Positions 19,462 through 29,291 of a stretch of DNA of 54,586 nt are shown here, piece after piece; positions within the stretch are counted from its first letter, which is position 1, and the number at the start of each line of letters is the position of its first letter. The notes beneath the pieces were generated by a model. It worked only from the letters and a program-made list of their open reading frames with translations. It did no database searches and was not told where the DNA came from. A program made the translations under genes and the position numbers. Source of the DNA: Flavobacteriaceae bacterium (GTDB taxonomy: Bacteria; Bacteroidota; Bacteroidia; Flavobacteriales_C; GCA-002722245); assembly GCA_964230605.1 (NCBI GenBank), contig CAXRIN010000012.1:1-54586 (forward strand), in the 5' to 3' direction.

Positions 19462-20154
19462 ATGAAGTACATCATCATAGGATTAGGAAATTTTGGAGCA
19501 TCGTTAGCCGAAAAACTAACGGCACAAGGAAACGAGGTTATAGCTATCGATACTAGCATGGAAAAAGTTGATTTGTACAAAGAGAAAATCTCTCACACCA
19601 TATGCATGGACTCCACCGATGAATTAACCGTAAGAGGTTTGCCTTTAGAAGAAACTGATGTAGTTATTGTTGCAATTGGAGAAGATCAAGGGGCAAGTGT
19701 AATGACTACTGCTTTGATGAAAAATTTAAATGTAAAGCGATTAATAAGTCGAGCAATCAATCCCCTTCACGAAAAAGTTTTACAAGCTATTGGGGTTAAT
19801 GAAATAGTTCATCCAGAGGAAGAAACCGCAGAAAGATGGTCTAAAAAACTTTGCTTATCCAACATTAAAGATTCATTTGAATTGGGCGAAAATTACAGTA
19901 TAATTGAAGCTGGTGTACCCAATGAATTTGTTGGCAAAACAATTAAAGAAATTGGATTCCGAACATCATATAACTTGTTAGTTTTAACCACCAAAAGTGA
20001 ATCGCAAGAAAAAAACTTTTTTGGAAAAGAAATGACTTGTGAAAATGTAAAAGGTGTAGTTACTCCTGATCAAGTTTTACAGGCAAATGAAAGCTTAGTG
20101 CTTTATGGCGCAAATAAAGATTTACAAAAATTCCTAAAACGAGAAATTGAATAA
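19462..20154 (+). CDS. trkA: TrkA/KtrA potassium uptake regulatory subunit (RCK N and C domains)
   Basis: 230-aa ORF. IIGLGNFG Rossmann motif and a TrkA-C-like C-terminal half. Starts 5 nt after trkH. Confidence 0.85.
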   Translation: MKYIIIGLGNFGASLAEKLTAQGNEVIAIDTSMEKVDLYKEKISHTICMDSTDELTVRGLPLEETDVVIVAIGEDQGASVMTTALMKNLNVKRLISRAINPLHEKVLQAIGVNEIVHPEEETAERWSKKLCLSNIKDSFELGENYSIIEAGVPNEFVGKTIKEIGFRTSYNLLVLTTKSESQEKNFFGKEMTCENVKGVVTPDQVLQANESLVLYGANKDLQKFLKREIE

Positions 20155-21061
20155 TATGCTCCCTACACTGCTCCAACCAGGTGACAAAATTGGTATTGTT
20201 GCCTTCGCTAAAAGAATAACCCTTGAAGAAATTCAGCCAGCAATAGCTGTTTTTGAAAGCTGGGGGCTTGAAGTTGTTGTTGGAGAAACAATTGGGGCAC
20301 AATGGAATCAGTTCGCTGGCAACGACGAACAGCGCAGAGCCGATGTTCAAAAAATGCTCGACGACCCTTCAATTAAAGCGCTAATTTCAGCGCGCGGAGG
20401 ATATGGATCTGTCCGAATTATCGATCAAATAGATTTTACTCATTTCAGCAATCATCCTAAATGGTTAATCGGTTTTAGTGATATCACCGTTTTTCATTCT
20501 CATATTGCTCAAAATCTGTCAATACCAACTTTACATGCAACAATGCCCGTATTTTTCAAGGGCAATACTGAAGAAGCAATCTCCTCTTTAAAATCGGTTT
20601 TATTTGAGGGCACTATGAATTTTAATTGTTCTTCAAAACAGATTGAATTTTGTAAAAATGGTATTGCGGAAGGAGAAATCATTGGTGGAAACCTCTCTAT
20701 ATTATACAGTTTATGCGGATCTGCTTCTTCTGCTGAAACCTATGATAAAATTCTTTTCTTAGAAGATTTGTGTGAATATCTATACCATACCGATAGGATG
20801 CTCAATAACCTTAAAAGAAATGGAATGTTTAGCAATTTAGCTGGTTTAATTATTGGAGGATTTACGGATATGAAAGATGGACCAGTTAAGTTTGGAAAAT
20901 CTATTGAAGAAATGATATTTGATTTCTGCAAACATCTTGACATTCCAATTTTCACCGGTTTCCCTGCTGGACACATCAACGATAATCGTGCAATTGTTTT
21001 TGGTGCAAAATGTAAAATGGAAGTGAATGAAGGAAATATTCAACTTAATTTAATTCAATAA
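20147..21061 (+). CDS. LD-carboxypeptidase (peptidase S66, muramoyltetrapeptide carboxypeptidase-like)
   Basis: 304-aa ORF. ARGGYG, GFSDIT (nucleophile Ser), LEDL.E and FPAGH motifs. Overlaps the trkA stop by 8 nt. Confidence 0.8.
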   Translation: MNNMLPTLLQPGDKIGIVAFAKRITLEEIQPAIAVFESWGLEVVVGETIGAQWNQFAGNDEQRRADVQKMLDDPSIKALISARGGYGSVRIIDQIDFTHFSNHPKWLIGFSDITVFHSHIAQNLSIPTLHATMPVFFKGNTEEAISSLKSVLFEGTMNFNCSSKQIEFCKNGIAEGEIIGGNLSILYSLCGSASSAETYDKILFLEDLCEYLYHTDRMLNNLKRNGMFSNLAGLIIGGFTDMKDGPVKFGKSIEEMIFDFCKHLDIPIFTGFPAGHINDNRAIVFGAKCKMEVNEGNIQLNLIQ

Positions 21062-21068
21062 GCTTGAT

Positions 21069-21578
21069 TTGATTACCTGGATAGTCATAGGAATAATTAT
21101 AGCTTACTACGTTGTTGGATTTATTCTTCCGGCATCTGTAACTGTGGCTGCTTCTTTACGAATGTCAGGTACGAGTGAATCAATTTTTACTACAATTAAA
21201 AACTTTAGAAACTGGGAAGGATGGGCGATTTGGAATTCTGATAATTCAATGAGTATCACGATTTCAGATCCTGCAAACGAAGTTGGTTCGCGCTATCGAT
21301 GGAAAAGCCAGATTAAAGAAATTAAAGATGGCTTAATTGTTCTAACGTCTGCTTCCGAAAACGCAGAACTAAATTATGATTGGTTTTACGGAAAAAGAAA
21401 ACGAGGCACCATCATGTTTAATATTGAACAACAAGGAAATCACAGCTTTGTAACCTGTTCAATTACTATCCATAACGAAAAGAAAATATTTGCGCGTTAT
21501 TTCACGCAGCTCATTAAAAATTCAATCTTAGATAACATCGAAGATGTATTGCTTAAAATAGACGAACGCAGCATGTGA
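21069..21578 (+). CDS. Membrane-anchored SRPBCC/START-like protein (tentative)
   Basis: 169-aa ORF (TTG start) with an N-terminal TM helix. The body resembles polyketide-cyclase/SRPBCC proteins in size and pattern. The family call is weak. Confidence 0.45.
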   Translation: MITWIVIGIIIAYYVVGFILPASVTVAASLRMSGTSESIFTTIKNFRNWEGWAIWNSDNSMSITISDPANEVGSRYRWKSQIKEIKDGLIVLTSASENAELNYDWFYGKRKRGTIMFNIEQQGNHSFVTCSITIHNEKKIFARYFTQLIKNSILDNIEDVLLKIDERSM

Positions 21579-21580
21579 TT

Positions 21581-21712
21581 TTTTCTCACACAGATCTCGC
21601 AGATTCCACAGATTTTCTTTTAGACAACAAAGTTGTCTTACATAATAGTTTTTAATATTTGGCTTTGCCGAATGAGAAAATCTGCGGAATCTGCGAGATC
21701 TGTATGAGAAAA
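21581..21712. repeat. 132-bp palindromic element: 38-bp inverted arms (2 mismatches) around a 56-bp core
   Basis: The left arm is ttttctcacacagatctcgcagattccacagattttct (21581-21618). The reverse complement of the right arm (21675-21712) is agaaaatctgcggaatctgcgagatctgtatgagaaaa. The core contains the small hairpin agacaac-aaa-gttgtct (21622-21638). Confidence 0.85.
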
Positions 21713-21718
21713 CAAGGC

Positions 21719-21745
21719 AAAAAAAATCCCGCATAAGCGGGATTT
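21719..21745 (-). terminator. Rho-independent terminator of the DUF2795 gene (potentially bidirectional)
   Basis: aaatcccgc-ataa-gcgggattt hairpin. It is flanked by A8 on the plus strand (a T8 tail on the minus transcript) and by cgttttt on the other side. Confidence 0.8.
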
Positions 21746-21750
21746 CGTTT

Positions 21751-21972
21751 TTAGTATTCATCCTCATTAAAGAGAAAATCTTCTTTTGTTGGGAAGTCTG
21801 GCCATATCTCTTCGATACTTTCGTAAGCCTCAACCTCCTCTTCTAACTCTTGCAAGTTTTCAGTCACCTCTAGTGGCGCTCCAGATCTCATGGCGTAATC
21901 AATTAACTCGTCCTTAGTAGCTGGCCAAGGTGCGTCTGTCAAATAATTCGCAAGTTCTAATGTCCAATACAT
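21751..21972 (-). CDS. DUF2795 domain-containing protein
   Basis: 73-aa ORF. The segment LTDAPWPATKDELIDYAMRSGAPLEVTENLQELE matches the remembered DUF2795 pattern. It has its own terminator. Confidence 0.7.
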   Translation of the reverse strand: MYWTLELANYLTDAPWPATKDELIDYAMRSGAPLEVTENLQELEEEVEAYESIEEIWPDFPTKEDFLFNEDEY

Positions 21973-22181
21973 ATTATAAATCTTTAAGTGTGATGGTCAA
22001 TTTTCCGCAAAAATATACTTTTTAAAATACCATCAAAATTTTTTGATAAATTATTAAAAACAATTAATTCACATGTCTCTATCTTACTGAAAGACAAAGA
22101 CTCTAACTAACTGCAAAAACGCCAATAAATCTAATTTTGTTACTGCTTTAGGATAACTTTTTTCAAAAACATTAATTTTGC

Positions 22182-25100
22182 ATGATGGAATCCACAAAAT
22201 GGTTGTCTGCATTCGAAAATCATCCTGCATTTTCTTCTTTAAAAGACGCTTTAATTACAGATGAAAAATTAGTAATTCAAGGAAATAAGGGTTCCTTCCT
22301 GCAGGTTTTAATGGCTGCACTTCAAAACCAAAAAGCTCAAAAGCAATTAATTATTGCAGCTGATCAAGAAGAAGCAGCCTATGTTTACAACGACCTTCAG
22401 AATCTTTTAGGAGAAACTAAAGCTTTATACTACCCTGCAAGTTCCGTTAGCCCATACACCGTTAGCCGAACTCAAAATGCTAATGTTGTTCAAAGAGCTG
22501 AAGTATTATCCGAATTAAATAACAACAAAAAGAAATTCATAGTTACCTACCCTGAAGCCCTACTTGAAAAAGTTGTTTCGAAAAAGGAATTAGCCAAGAA
22601 TAGCCATCAAATAAAAGTTGGGGATACGCTCTCAATGGACTTTTTGATTGATGTGCTATTTGAATATGAATTCACAAGAGAACAATTTGTTATTGAGCCA
22701 GGTCAATTTGCTGTCCGAGGTGGCTTAATGGACATTTGGTCATACTCATACGATAAGCCTTTCAGAATTGACTTTTTCGGTGATGATGTTGATTCAATTA
22801 GAGCCTTTGATCCAGCCGATCAACTTTCAATTGCCTCTTATGACAACATTCAAATTGTTCCTAATGTTCAAGAAAAGATTTTAAAAGAGGAGCAAACTTC
22901 ATTTTTAGAGTTTTTAGGACTGTCTTCCATAGTTTGGGTTAAAGATGTGCAATTCACGCTGGATAAGGTTGAACAATATTATCAAAAAGCTGTTGATGCC
23001 TGGAGTAAAATCGAGGAAAACACTATACAATTACCACCTAATGAATTGTTTACTTCAAAAGTTGGATTAGAAAGAGCGCTTACCGAAACAAAGGTGATTG
23101 AATACGGTGGATCTAATTTTTATAAATCTCCAACCATTAAATTAAACACAACTCCTCAACCTAATTTCAATAAGAATTTCAAGTTACTTATTGAAGACAT
23201 TAAAGCGCATGATAGTAATGGTTATGAAGTCAATATAATTAGTGAAAATGCGAAGCAAATTGAGCGTATTCACAACATATTTGAAGATTATGAATTTAAT
23301 GGACAATCAATAGGTAAAGACTTAAAATTCAACCCTCAATATTTCACTTTACATGAAGGATTTATTGATAACGACACTAAGATTGTTTGTTATACCGATC
23401 ACCAAATTTTTGATCGATATCACAGATTCCGAGTAAAAGACAGTCTGCGTAAAAGCAATCAATCCATAACCATAAAAGAATTAACGGGGCTTCAAAAAGG
23501 CGATTTTGTAACGCATATTGATTACGGGATTGGTGTATTTGATGGGCTTGAAATCATCGATCAAGGCGGTAAAAAAACAGAATCAATAAGATTACTTTAC
23601 AAAGATAGAGACGTACTGTACGTTAGTATTCAATCTTTGCATCGTATTGCTAAATATTCAGGAAAAGAAGGTAAAGAGCCTGTACTTAATAAATTAGGAA
23701 CTAACACTTGGAAAGCTAAAAAATCAAGCACAAAGAAAAAGGTTAAAAAAATCGCTTACGATTTGATTAAGCTTTACGCAAAAAGGAAAGCTACTCAAGG
23801 TTTCCCTTTCAGTAAGGATTCGTACTTGCAAAACGAACTAGAAGCTTCCTTCTTATTTGAAGATACCCCGGATCAAGTTACCTCAACCGCTGCAGTAAAA
23901 AAAGACATGGAAAAGCCATTTCCAATGGATCGTTTAATTTGCGGAGATGTTGGATTTGGAAAAACAGAAATTGCTATTCGAGCCGCCTTTAAGGCTGCAG
24001 TTGATGGTAAGCAAGTTGCCATTTTAGTCCCTACTACAATTTTAGCTTTTCAACATTATCAAACCTTCTCTAAAAGATTAAAGGATTTCCCTGTTACTGT
24101 TGATTATATCAACCGATTTAGAAGTACTAAAGATCAAAAGGAAACACTTAAAAAGCTAGAGGAAGGTAAAATCGACATTATTATTGGAACGCACAGATTA
24201 GCGGGAAAAGATATTAAATACAATGATTTAGGTCTTTTGATCATTGATGAAGAACAAAAATTTGGGGTATCGGTTAAGGATAAACTTAAAACCTTAAAAG
24301 CTAACTTAGATACCCTAACGCTTACTGCTACTCCAATTCCAAGAACATTGCAATTCTCATTACTTGGAGCACGCGATTTAAGTGTAATTAACACTCCTCC
24401 CCCTAATCGATATCCAGTTGAAACTTCAATAACTGGTTTTAATGAGGAAACCTTAAGGGATGCTATTTCATACGAGTTAGCCCGAGGCGGACAGGTTTAC
24501 TTCATTCATAACCGTGTAGAAAACATCAAAGAGGTTGCAGGAACATTACAAAGGCTAGTTCCAAACGCCAAAATTGGCGTAGGACATGGGCAGATGGAAG
24601 GAAAAAAGCTAGAAGGAATCATGATGGATTTCATGAGCGGTGATTTTGATATTTTGGTCGCTACAACTATCATTGAATCTGGTTTAGATATTCCTAATGC
24701 CAACACGATCATTATTAACCAAGCTCAAAATTTCGGACTAAGTGATTTGCACCAAATGCGTGGAAGAGTTGGTCGATCTAACAAAAAGGCATTCTGTTAT
24801 TTATTAGCTCCTCCTCAAAGTACTTTAACTCCTGAAGCGCGTAAAAGACTTCGAGCTTTAGAGGAGTTTAGCGATTTAGGGAGTGGTTTTAACATTGCCA
24901 TGAGAGATTTGGATATCCGAGGTGCTGGAGATATGTTAGGTGCTGAGCAATCTGGTTTTATTTCAGATATCGGTTATGATACTTATCAAAAAATTCTCGA
25001 CGAAGCTATTCAGGAACTGAAAGAAGGTGAATTTAAGGATCTGTATGCTGAAGAACTGAAAGAGGAAAATCGTGTTTTCGTAAAAGATTGTGTTATTGAA

Positions 25101-25538
25101 ACTGATATGGAGATCTTAATGCCAACAACCTACGTTAACGCGGTTGATGAGCGTTTAAGATTATACAAACAATTGAATGATATTGATAACGAAAAAGAGC
25201 TTCAAAAATTTGCCGATAATCTTATTGACCGATTTGGAGAGATTCCACATCAAACAAAAGAGTTGCTCTCTACCATGCGTTTAAAATGGTTAGCCCAAAA
25301 TATAGGGTTGGAAAGACTATATATGAAGAACGGAATATTGCGAGGATACTTTATTTCAAACCCTGATAGTGATTATTATCAGACTGAAAAATTTGGCAAA
25401 ATTTTAATGTTCGTGCAGCAAAATCCAACAGCTTGTAAAATGAAAGAAATAAAGGGAAAACTGGCGCTTACATTCAATAAAATACGTTCAATAGAAGAAG
25501 CTTTTTCGGTATTGAAAAATATTGAAGAGAAATTCTAA
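22182..25538 (+). CDS. mfd: Transcription-repair coupling factor
   Basis: 1118-aa ORF. CarD/RID-like region, superfamily-2 helicase motifs (GDVGFGKTE, DEEQKFG, TATPIPRT, QMRGRVGRS) and a TRCF C-terminal domain. Confidence 0.97.
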   Translation: MMESTKWLSAFENHPAFSSLKDALITDEKLVIQGNKGSFLQVLMAALQNQKAQKQLIIAADQEEAAYVYNDLQNLLGETKALYYPASSVSPYTVSRTQNANVVQRAEVLSELNNNKKKFIVTYPEALLEKVVSKKELAKNSHQIKVGDTLSMDFLIDVLFEYEFTREQFVIEPGQFAVRGGLMDIWSYSYDKPFRIDFFGDDVDSIRAFDPADQLSIASYDNIQIVPNVQEKILKEEQTSFLEFLGLSSIVWVKDVQFTLDKVEQYYQKAVDAWSKIEENTIQLPPNELFTSKVGLERALTETKVIEYGGSNFYKSPTIKLNTTPQPNFNKNFKLLIEDIKAHDSNGYEVNIISENAKQIERIHNIFEDYEFNGQSIGKDLKFNPQYFTLHEGFIDNDTKIVCYTDHQIFDRYHRFRVKDSLRKSNQSITIKELTGLQKGDFVTHIDYGIGVFDGLEIIDQGGKKTESIRLLYKDRDVLYVSIQSLHRIAKYSGKEGKEPVLNKLGTNTWKAKKSSTKKKVKKIAYDLIKLYAKRKATQGFPFSKDSYLQNELEASFLFEDTPDQVTSTAAVKKDMEKPFPMDRLICGDVGFGKTEIAIRAAFKAAVDGKQVAILVPTTILAFQHYQTFSKRLKDFPVTVDYINRFRSTKDQKETLKKLEEGKIDIIIGTHRLAGKDIKYNDLGLLIIDEEQKFGVSVKDKLKTLKANLDTLTLTATPIPRTLQFSLLGARDLSVINTPPPNRYPVETSITGFNEETLRDAISYELARGGQVYFIHNRVENIKEVAGTLQRLVPNAKIGVGHGQMEGKKLEGIMMDFMSGDFDILVATTIIESGLDIPNANTIIINQAQNFGLSDLHQMRGRVGRSNKKAFCYLLAPPQSTLTPEARKRLRALEEFSDLGSGFNIAMRDLDIRGAGDMLGAEQSGFISDIGYDTYQKILDEAIQELKEGEFKDLYAEELKEENRVFVKDCVIETDMEILMPTTYVNAVDERLRLYKQLNDIDNEKELQKFADNLIDRFGEIPHQTKELLSTMRLKWLAQNIGLERLYMKNGILRGYFISNPDSDYYQTEKFGKILMFVQQNPTACKMKEIKGKLALTFNKIRSIEEAFSVLKNIEEKF

Positions 25539-25542
25539 AAGC

Positions 25543-26733
25543 CTATTTTATCCGTCTAATTGGTACCAACGAAGCAATTGAACCAATACTATTAATCACC
25601 AATGCTATAATTAGTAAATCGGTATAATGAAGCTCTACTGGAAAACAATCGAATCCGCTTGTTGTCCCATACCCAAAGAAACAAAATTGCAGTTGCAAAA
25701 GAATTAAAACAACGCCCAAAACAATTCCAATCAACGAACCAAAAACAGAAATTAAACTTCCTTCCAGCCAAAATATAAATCTAATTTGTTGAAGGTTAGC
25801 ACCCATGCTTTGAAGTACAAAAACATCTTTTTTCTTATCAATCACCAACATAGTCAATGACCCCATAACATTGAAAATAGCTAAAACAATTACCAATGAA
25901 AGAATAAGCAGAGTAATCCATTTTTCGGCATTAATCGATTTAAATAAAAACTCATTTTGCTCAAATCTTGTTTTAACACTAAACTCCTCTCCCAGCAAGT
26001 TTTGAATATTCAATTTCAAATCTTCTACGTCTATAGTTAAATCAATTCCTACATCAATTGAATTAATCTCATCTTTAATCCCTATCAAATTCCTAGCTTG
26101 ATCAATTGAAACAATAATGTATTTGCTGTTAAAATCAGAATTAATATCAAAAATACCTCGAGGGTAAGAAGTGACAGATTTGAACAAATCCATTGGCCCA
26201 GCACCTTCTCCATTCAAATTTGGTATATACATTCTCAAAGGAATATTCGAGTCTGTATTCACTCCTAATTTATAGGCAATATTTACACCCAAAACACTCT
26301 CATTTGCCCCACCAACTTCTGGCCCATAATACCCTTCAATAATGGCATTTTCAATGTTAGATATTTGAGGAAAGTAATTTGTAACACCCTTTACTGTAGC
26401 AACTTCCTGGTTATCTTCATATTTCAACAATGCAGTTTCCTCTAACGAGAATGATAACATTGAAACACCCGGCAGTTTCTCTAACTCATGGATTGGAATA
26501 CTATCAGGATTAAAACGAACGCCTCTTTTAGTCTCAATTTTTATTTCAGGATCAAAATTGGAATATAAACTCATCACCGAAGTTGATAAGCCATTCATCG
26601 CACTCATGATGATTACCAATGCTCCCGCTACAATTGCTACAACAGACACAGAAATCCATGTAATCCAATTGATTACATTGTTTTTCTTTTTCGAAAAAAG
26701 ATATCTAAGCGCTATGGAAAAAGAGAATTTCAA
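25543..26733 (-). CDS. FtsX-like ABC transporter permease (LolC/LolE-type)
   Basis: 396-aa ORF. N-terminus FSIALRYLFSKKKNN, a large periplasmic loop and a C-terminal three-TM FtsX domain. Confidence 0.75.
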   Translation of the reverse strand: MKFSFSIALRYLFSKKKNNVINWITWISVSVVAIVAGALVIIMSAMNGLSTSVMSLYSNFDPEIKIETKRGVRFNPDSIPIHELEKLPGVSMLSFSLEETALLKYEDNQEVATVKGVTNYFPQISNIENAIIEGYYGPEVGGANESVLGVNIAYKLGVNTDSNIPLRMYIPNLNGEGAGPMDLFKSVTSYPRGIFDINSDFNSKYIIVSIDQARNLIGIKDEINSIDVGIDLTIDVEDLKLNIQNLLGEEFSVKTRFEQNEFLFKSINAEKWITLLILSLVIVLAIFNVMGSLTMLVIDKKKDVFVLQSMGANLQQIRFIFWLEGSLISVFGSLIGIVLGVVLILLQLQFCFFGYGTTSGFDCFPVELHYTDLLIIALVINSIGSIASLVPIRRIK

Positions 26734-26790
26734 AATTTAAATTATGGTAGATAACACCCTATCAAAACAGGAATTTAAGTGATGACTTAT

Positions 26791-26817
26791 TATGGCCTAT
26801 TTTCATAGGCCACTACA
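26791..26817. repeat. REP-like hairpin repeat, copy A (tatggcctattttcataggccactaca)
   Basis: This 27-mer is identical at 30647-30673. Variant copies occur at 53606-53636 (reverse orientation) and 53674-53701. The stem is ggcctat/ataggcc with a 4-nt loop. It lies between the rbfA stop and the LolE-like start. Confidence 0.8.
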
Positions 26818-26832
26818 AACAAAACTTTTAAG

Positions 26833-27168
26833 TTATTCTTTTAAAAGTTTATCTATCGTTTCGTAATAATCTAGGGAATCATCAATATAAAACTGGAATT
26901 CAGGTACTTTTCTCATTTGGTGACGAACCTGCTGAGCAATAATATGTCTGATTTCCTTTGCCTGAGCTTTCACAGTCTTTAAAACTGCTTCACCTTCTTT
27001 ACCAAAAACGCTCAAATAAACCTTAGCATATGACATGTCCGTAGTTACTCTAACATTAGTCACTGTAATAAAGGCTCCAGCGAACATAGATCGGGATTCT
27101 CGTTGAAAAAGAGATGCCAAGTCTTGCTTTAAAACGTTGGCTATTTTTTGTTGTCTTCTACTTTCCAT
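26833..27168 (-). CDS. rbfA: Ribosome-binding factor A
   Basis: MESRRQQKIANVLKQDLASLF start and a KH-like RbfA pattern (VTNVRVTTDMSYAKVYLSV). The track ORF starts three codons earlier (27177). Confidence 0.9.
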   Translation of the reverse strand: MESRRQQKIANVLKQDLASLFQRESRSMFAGAFITVTNVRVTTDMSYAKVYLSVFGKEGEAVLKTVKAQAKEIRHIIAQQVRHQMRKVPEFQFYIDDSLDYYETIDKLLKE

Positions 27169-27347
27169 AATAAACAAAGGGAAATGTTATGTTAACTTTA
27201 AGTTAACATCGGAATGCTAACTTCGCGCAAAATCCAAAGGTACATGGCTTTCATGTTCTTTTATGGATTAAGAGCAAATTTAATTTTTTAATTTTGTCGC
27301 GAAAATTTAAGTGCGAACAATAATTTAAGTAACTAAGACTTACAAAC

Positions 27348-28169
27348 ATGAAAAAACTAGTTTCAACGTTAATGCTTTCTTTAACTCTTGCGTTAGGGTT
27401 ATTCACTACAAATGCAGCTTTTGCAAGTGCTGATTCTGCACAAGTAGAAACTGCAGCGACAGAAGAAAATAATGATGCAGTTGCTGAAGAAGCAACTTCT
27501 GAAAGCTCTGCAAATGCAGCAGTTGAAGGAGGTAAAGAGCCTTCGTTTACTCAAATCGTTAAAAAGAGATTTATCGAAGGAGGTGTAAACTTCATGATTT
27601 CAGTATTAGCATGTTTAATCTTAGGTATTGCAACTGCTATTGAAAGAATCATTTATTTAAGCCTTTCAAACGTTAACACAAAGAAAGTTCTTAATCAAGT
27701 AGAAGAAGCGTTAAACACAAGCGGAATCGAAGGAGCTAAGGAAGTTTGTAGAAATACAAGAGGTCCTGTTGGAGCTATTTTTTATGATGGTTTAACAAGA
27801 GCGGACGAAGGAATTGAGCAAGTTGAAAAAGCGGTTATCGCTGGTGGATCTGTTCAAATGGGATTAATGGAAAAAGGTGTTTCTTGGATTTCATTATTCA
27901 TCGCATTAGCACCAATGTTAGGGTTCTTAGGAACTGTATTAGGTATGATTGGAGCGTTTGACTCGATTGCTGAAGCTGGAGGTATTGAGGCATCTGCAAT
28001 GGCAGGTGATATTAAAATGGCCTTAATTACTACGGTAGCTGGTCTTATCGTTGCGATTATCCTTCAATTATTCTACAACGTAGTTATTGCTAAAATCGAC
28101 AACTTAGTGAACCAAATGGAGGATGCTTCTAACGCGTTCATTAAAATTGTTCAAAATAAAATTGGTTAA
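27348..28169 (+). CDS. exbB: MotA/TolQ/ExbB proton-channel family protein with signal peptide and acidic N-terminal extension
   Basis: 273-aa ORF. Signal-peptide-like N-terminus, an A/E/S-rich ~45-aa stretch, then an ExbB core (LAPMLGFLGTVLGMIGAFDSIA). Confidence 0.85.
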   Translation: MKKLVSTLMLSLTLALGLFTTNAAFASADSAQVETAATEENNDAVAEEATSESSANAAVEGGKEPSFTQIVKKRFIEGGVNFMISVLACLILGIATAIERIIYLSLSNVNTKKVLNQVEEALNTSGIEGAKEVCRNTRGPVGAIFYDGLTRADEGIEQVEKAVIAGGSVQMGLMEKGVSWISLFIALAPMLGFLGTVLGMIGAFDSIAEAGGIEASAMAGDIKMALITTVAGLIVAIILQLFYNVVIAKIDNLVNQMEDASNAFIKIVQNKIG

Positions 28170-28194
28170 TCAAAACCACTAATTCTATAAGAAT

Positions 28195-28587
28195 ATGAAA
28201 TTAGGTTTAACAGTTGGAAAGTGGGCATTAATTCTTGTAATATGGATATTTATCCTTCTTACAATGAATGATGGGATTGATGTATTAACCATGATACAAT
28301 TCTCATTAGGCTTATGCTACACTGCCGTTGCTGCAGCAGTTGGTTTTTGGTTGTTCAATACAGCTGAGAATCCAAAATCGGCAATGTCGTTTATTATCAG
28401 ATATGCTTTACTTGCAGTATTATTATTCGTTTGTTACGCAGTTTCATCAGATAGTATTGATGAAGAAACTGGTTTAGTTATCGAGGGAAGTAAATTAACT
28501 GAAGGAGGTATTTACGGTTTATACACTGTTACAATTATTGCTGTTTTAGCAATTGTTGCCTCTGAAATCAAAAAGATGTTAAAGTAA
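28195..28587 (+). CDS. Hypothetical four-TM membrane protein between exbB and exbD
   Basis: 130-aa ORF with four hydrophobic segments. Its stop overlaps the start of the next gene (ATG at 28587). No family recognised. Confidence 0.5.
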   Translation: MKLGLTVGKWALILVIWIFILLTMNDGIDVLTMIQFSLGLCYTAVAAAVGFWLFNTAENPKSAMSFIIRYALLAVLLFVCYAVSSDSIDEETGLVIEGSKLTEGGIYGLYTVTIIAVLAIVASEIKKMLK

Positions 28588-29279
28588 TGCCAAAAAGACA
28601 AGCACCAGAGGTTAATGCAGGTTCGATGGCTGATATTGCTTTCTTACTTTTAATCTTCTTCTTAGTTACTTCTGAGATGAGTAAGGAAGCTGGTATGTTT
28701 CAATTGCTTCCTGAGAAAACTGATGAAAAGCAGGAGATTACTGATAAAGTAAAACAAAGAAATATCATTGAAGTTCTTGCTAGATCAAAGGGAGAAATTA
28801 AATTTGGAGCAGATTTGAAAGCAGTTAAAATGACTGAAATACCTGCTTTATTGGGTGAAATGATTCTGAATGAATCAAACAACCCTGATTGGCCGGAGAG
28901 CAGAGCTATTACAACTGAAGAACTTCAAGCAATAGTTGACAAAAATAAAGCTGCTCTTGAAAATGCTTCTGAAGAAAGAAAAAACTCAGCTGAAAAGGCA
29001 CTTAAAAAATCTGAATTAAGATTAAAAGCCCTAGAAATTTTCGGAGATGATTTTAGAAAATCTCAACACGTAGTTAACTTACAGGCGACTCAAGATGCTG
29101 AGTACGATACTTATATTGAGCTAAAAGATGCCTTGAAGAAAGGTTATACTCTATTAAGAGATAAGTTGGCGAAGAAAACATTAGGTAGAGGTTGGGATAA
29201 CCTAACGCTTGAAGAAAAAGAAATGTTGAAAATGGTGTATGATGAAAATATTTCGGAAGCACCAGTAGTTCAAAATTAA
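28587..29279 (+). CDS. exbD: ExbD/TolR-family biopolymer transport protein with long C-terminal extension
   Basis: N-terminal [21 protein letters not shown] ExbD TM motif. 230 aa, longer than typical ExbD, with a K/E-rich helical segment. Confidence 0.8.
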   Translation: MPKRQAPEVNAGSMADIAFLLLIFFLVTSEMSKEAGMFQLLPEKTDEKQEITDKVKQRNIIEVLARSKGEIKFGADLKAVKMTEIPALLGEMILNESNNPDWPESRAITTEELQAIVDKNKAALENASEERKNSAEKALKKSELRLKALEIFGDDFRKSQHVVNLQATQDAEYDTYIELKDALKKGYTLLRDKLAKKTLGRGWDNLTLEEKEMLKMVYDENISEAPVVQN

Positions 29280-29291
29280 TAAACAACCGAT

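Noticed and set aside
21528-21833. 101-aa minus-strand ORF spanning the 132-bp palindromic element and the terminator.
   Set aside because: It reads straight through both repeat arms and the terminator hairpin, and overlaps the ends of two well-supported genes. It is a typical spurious ORF generated by a repeat.
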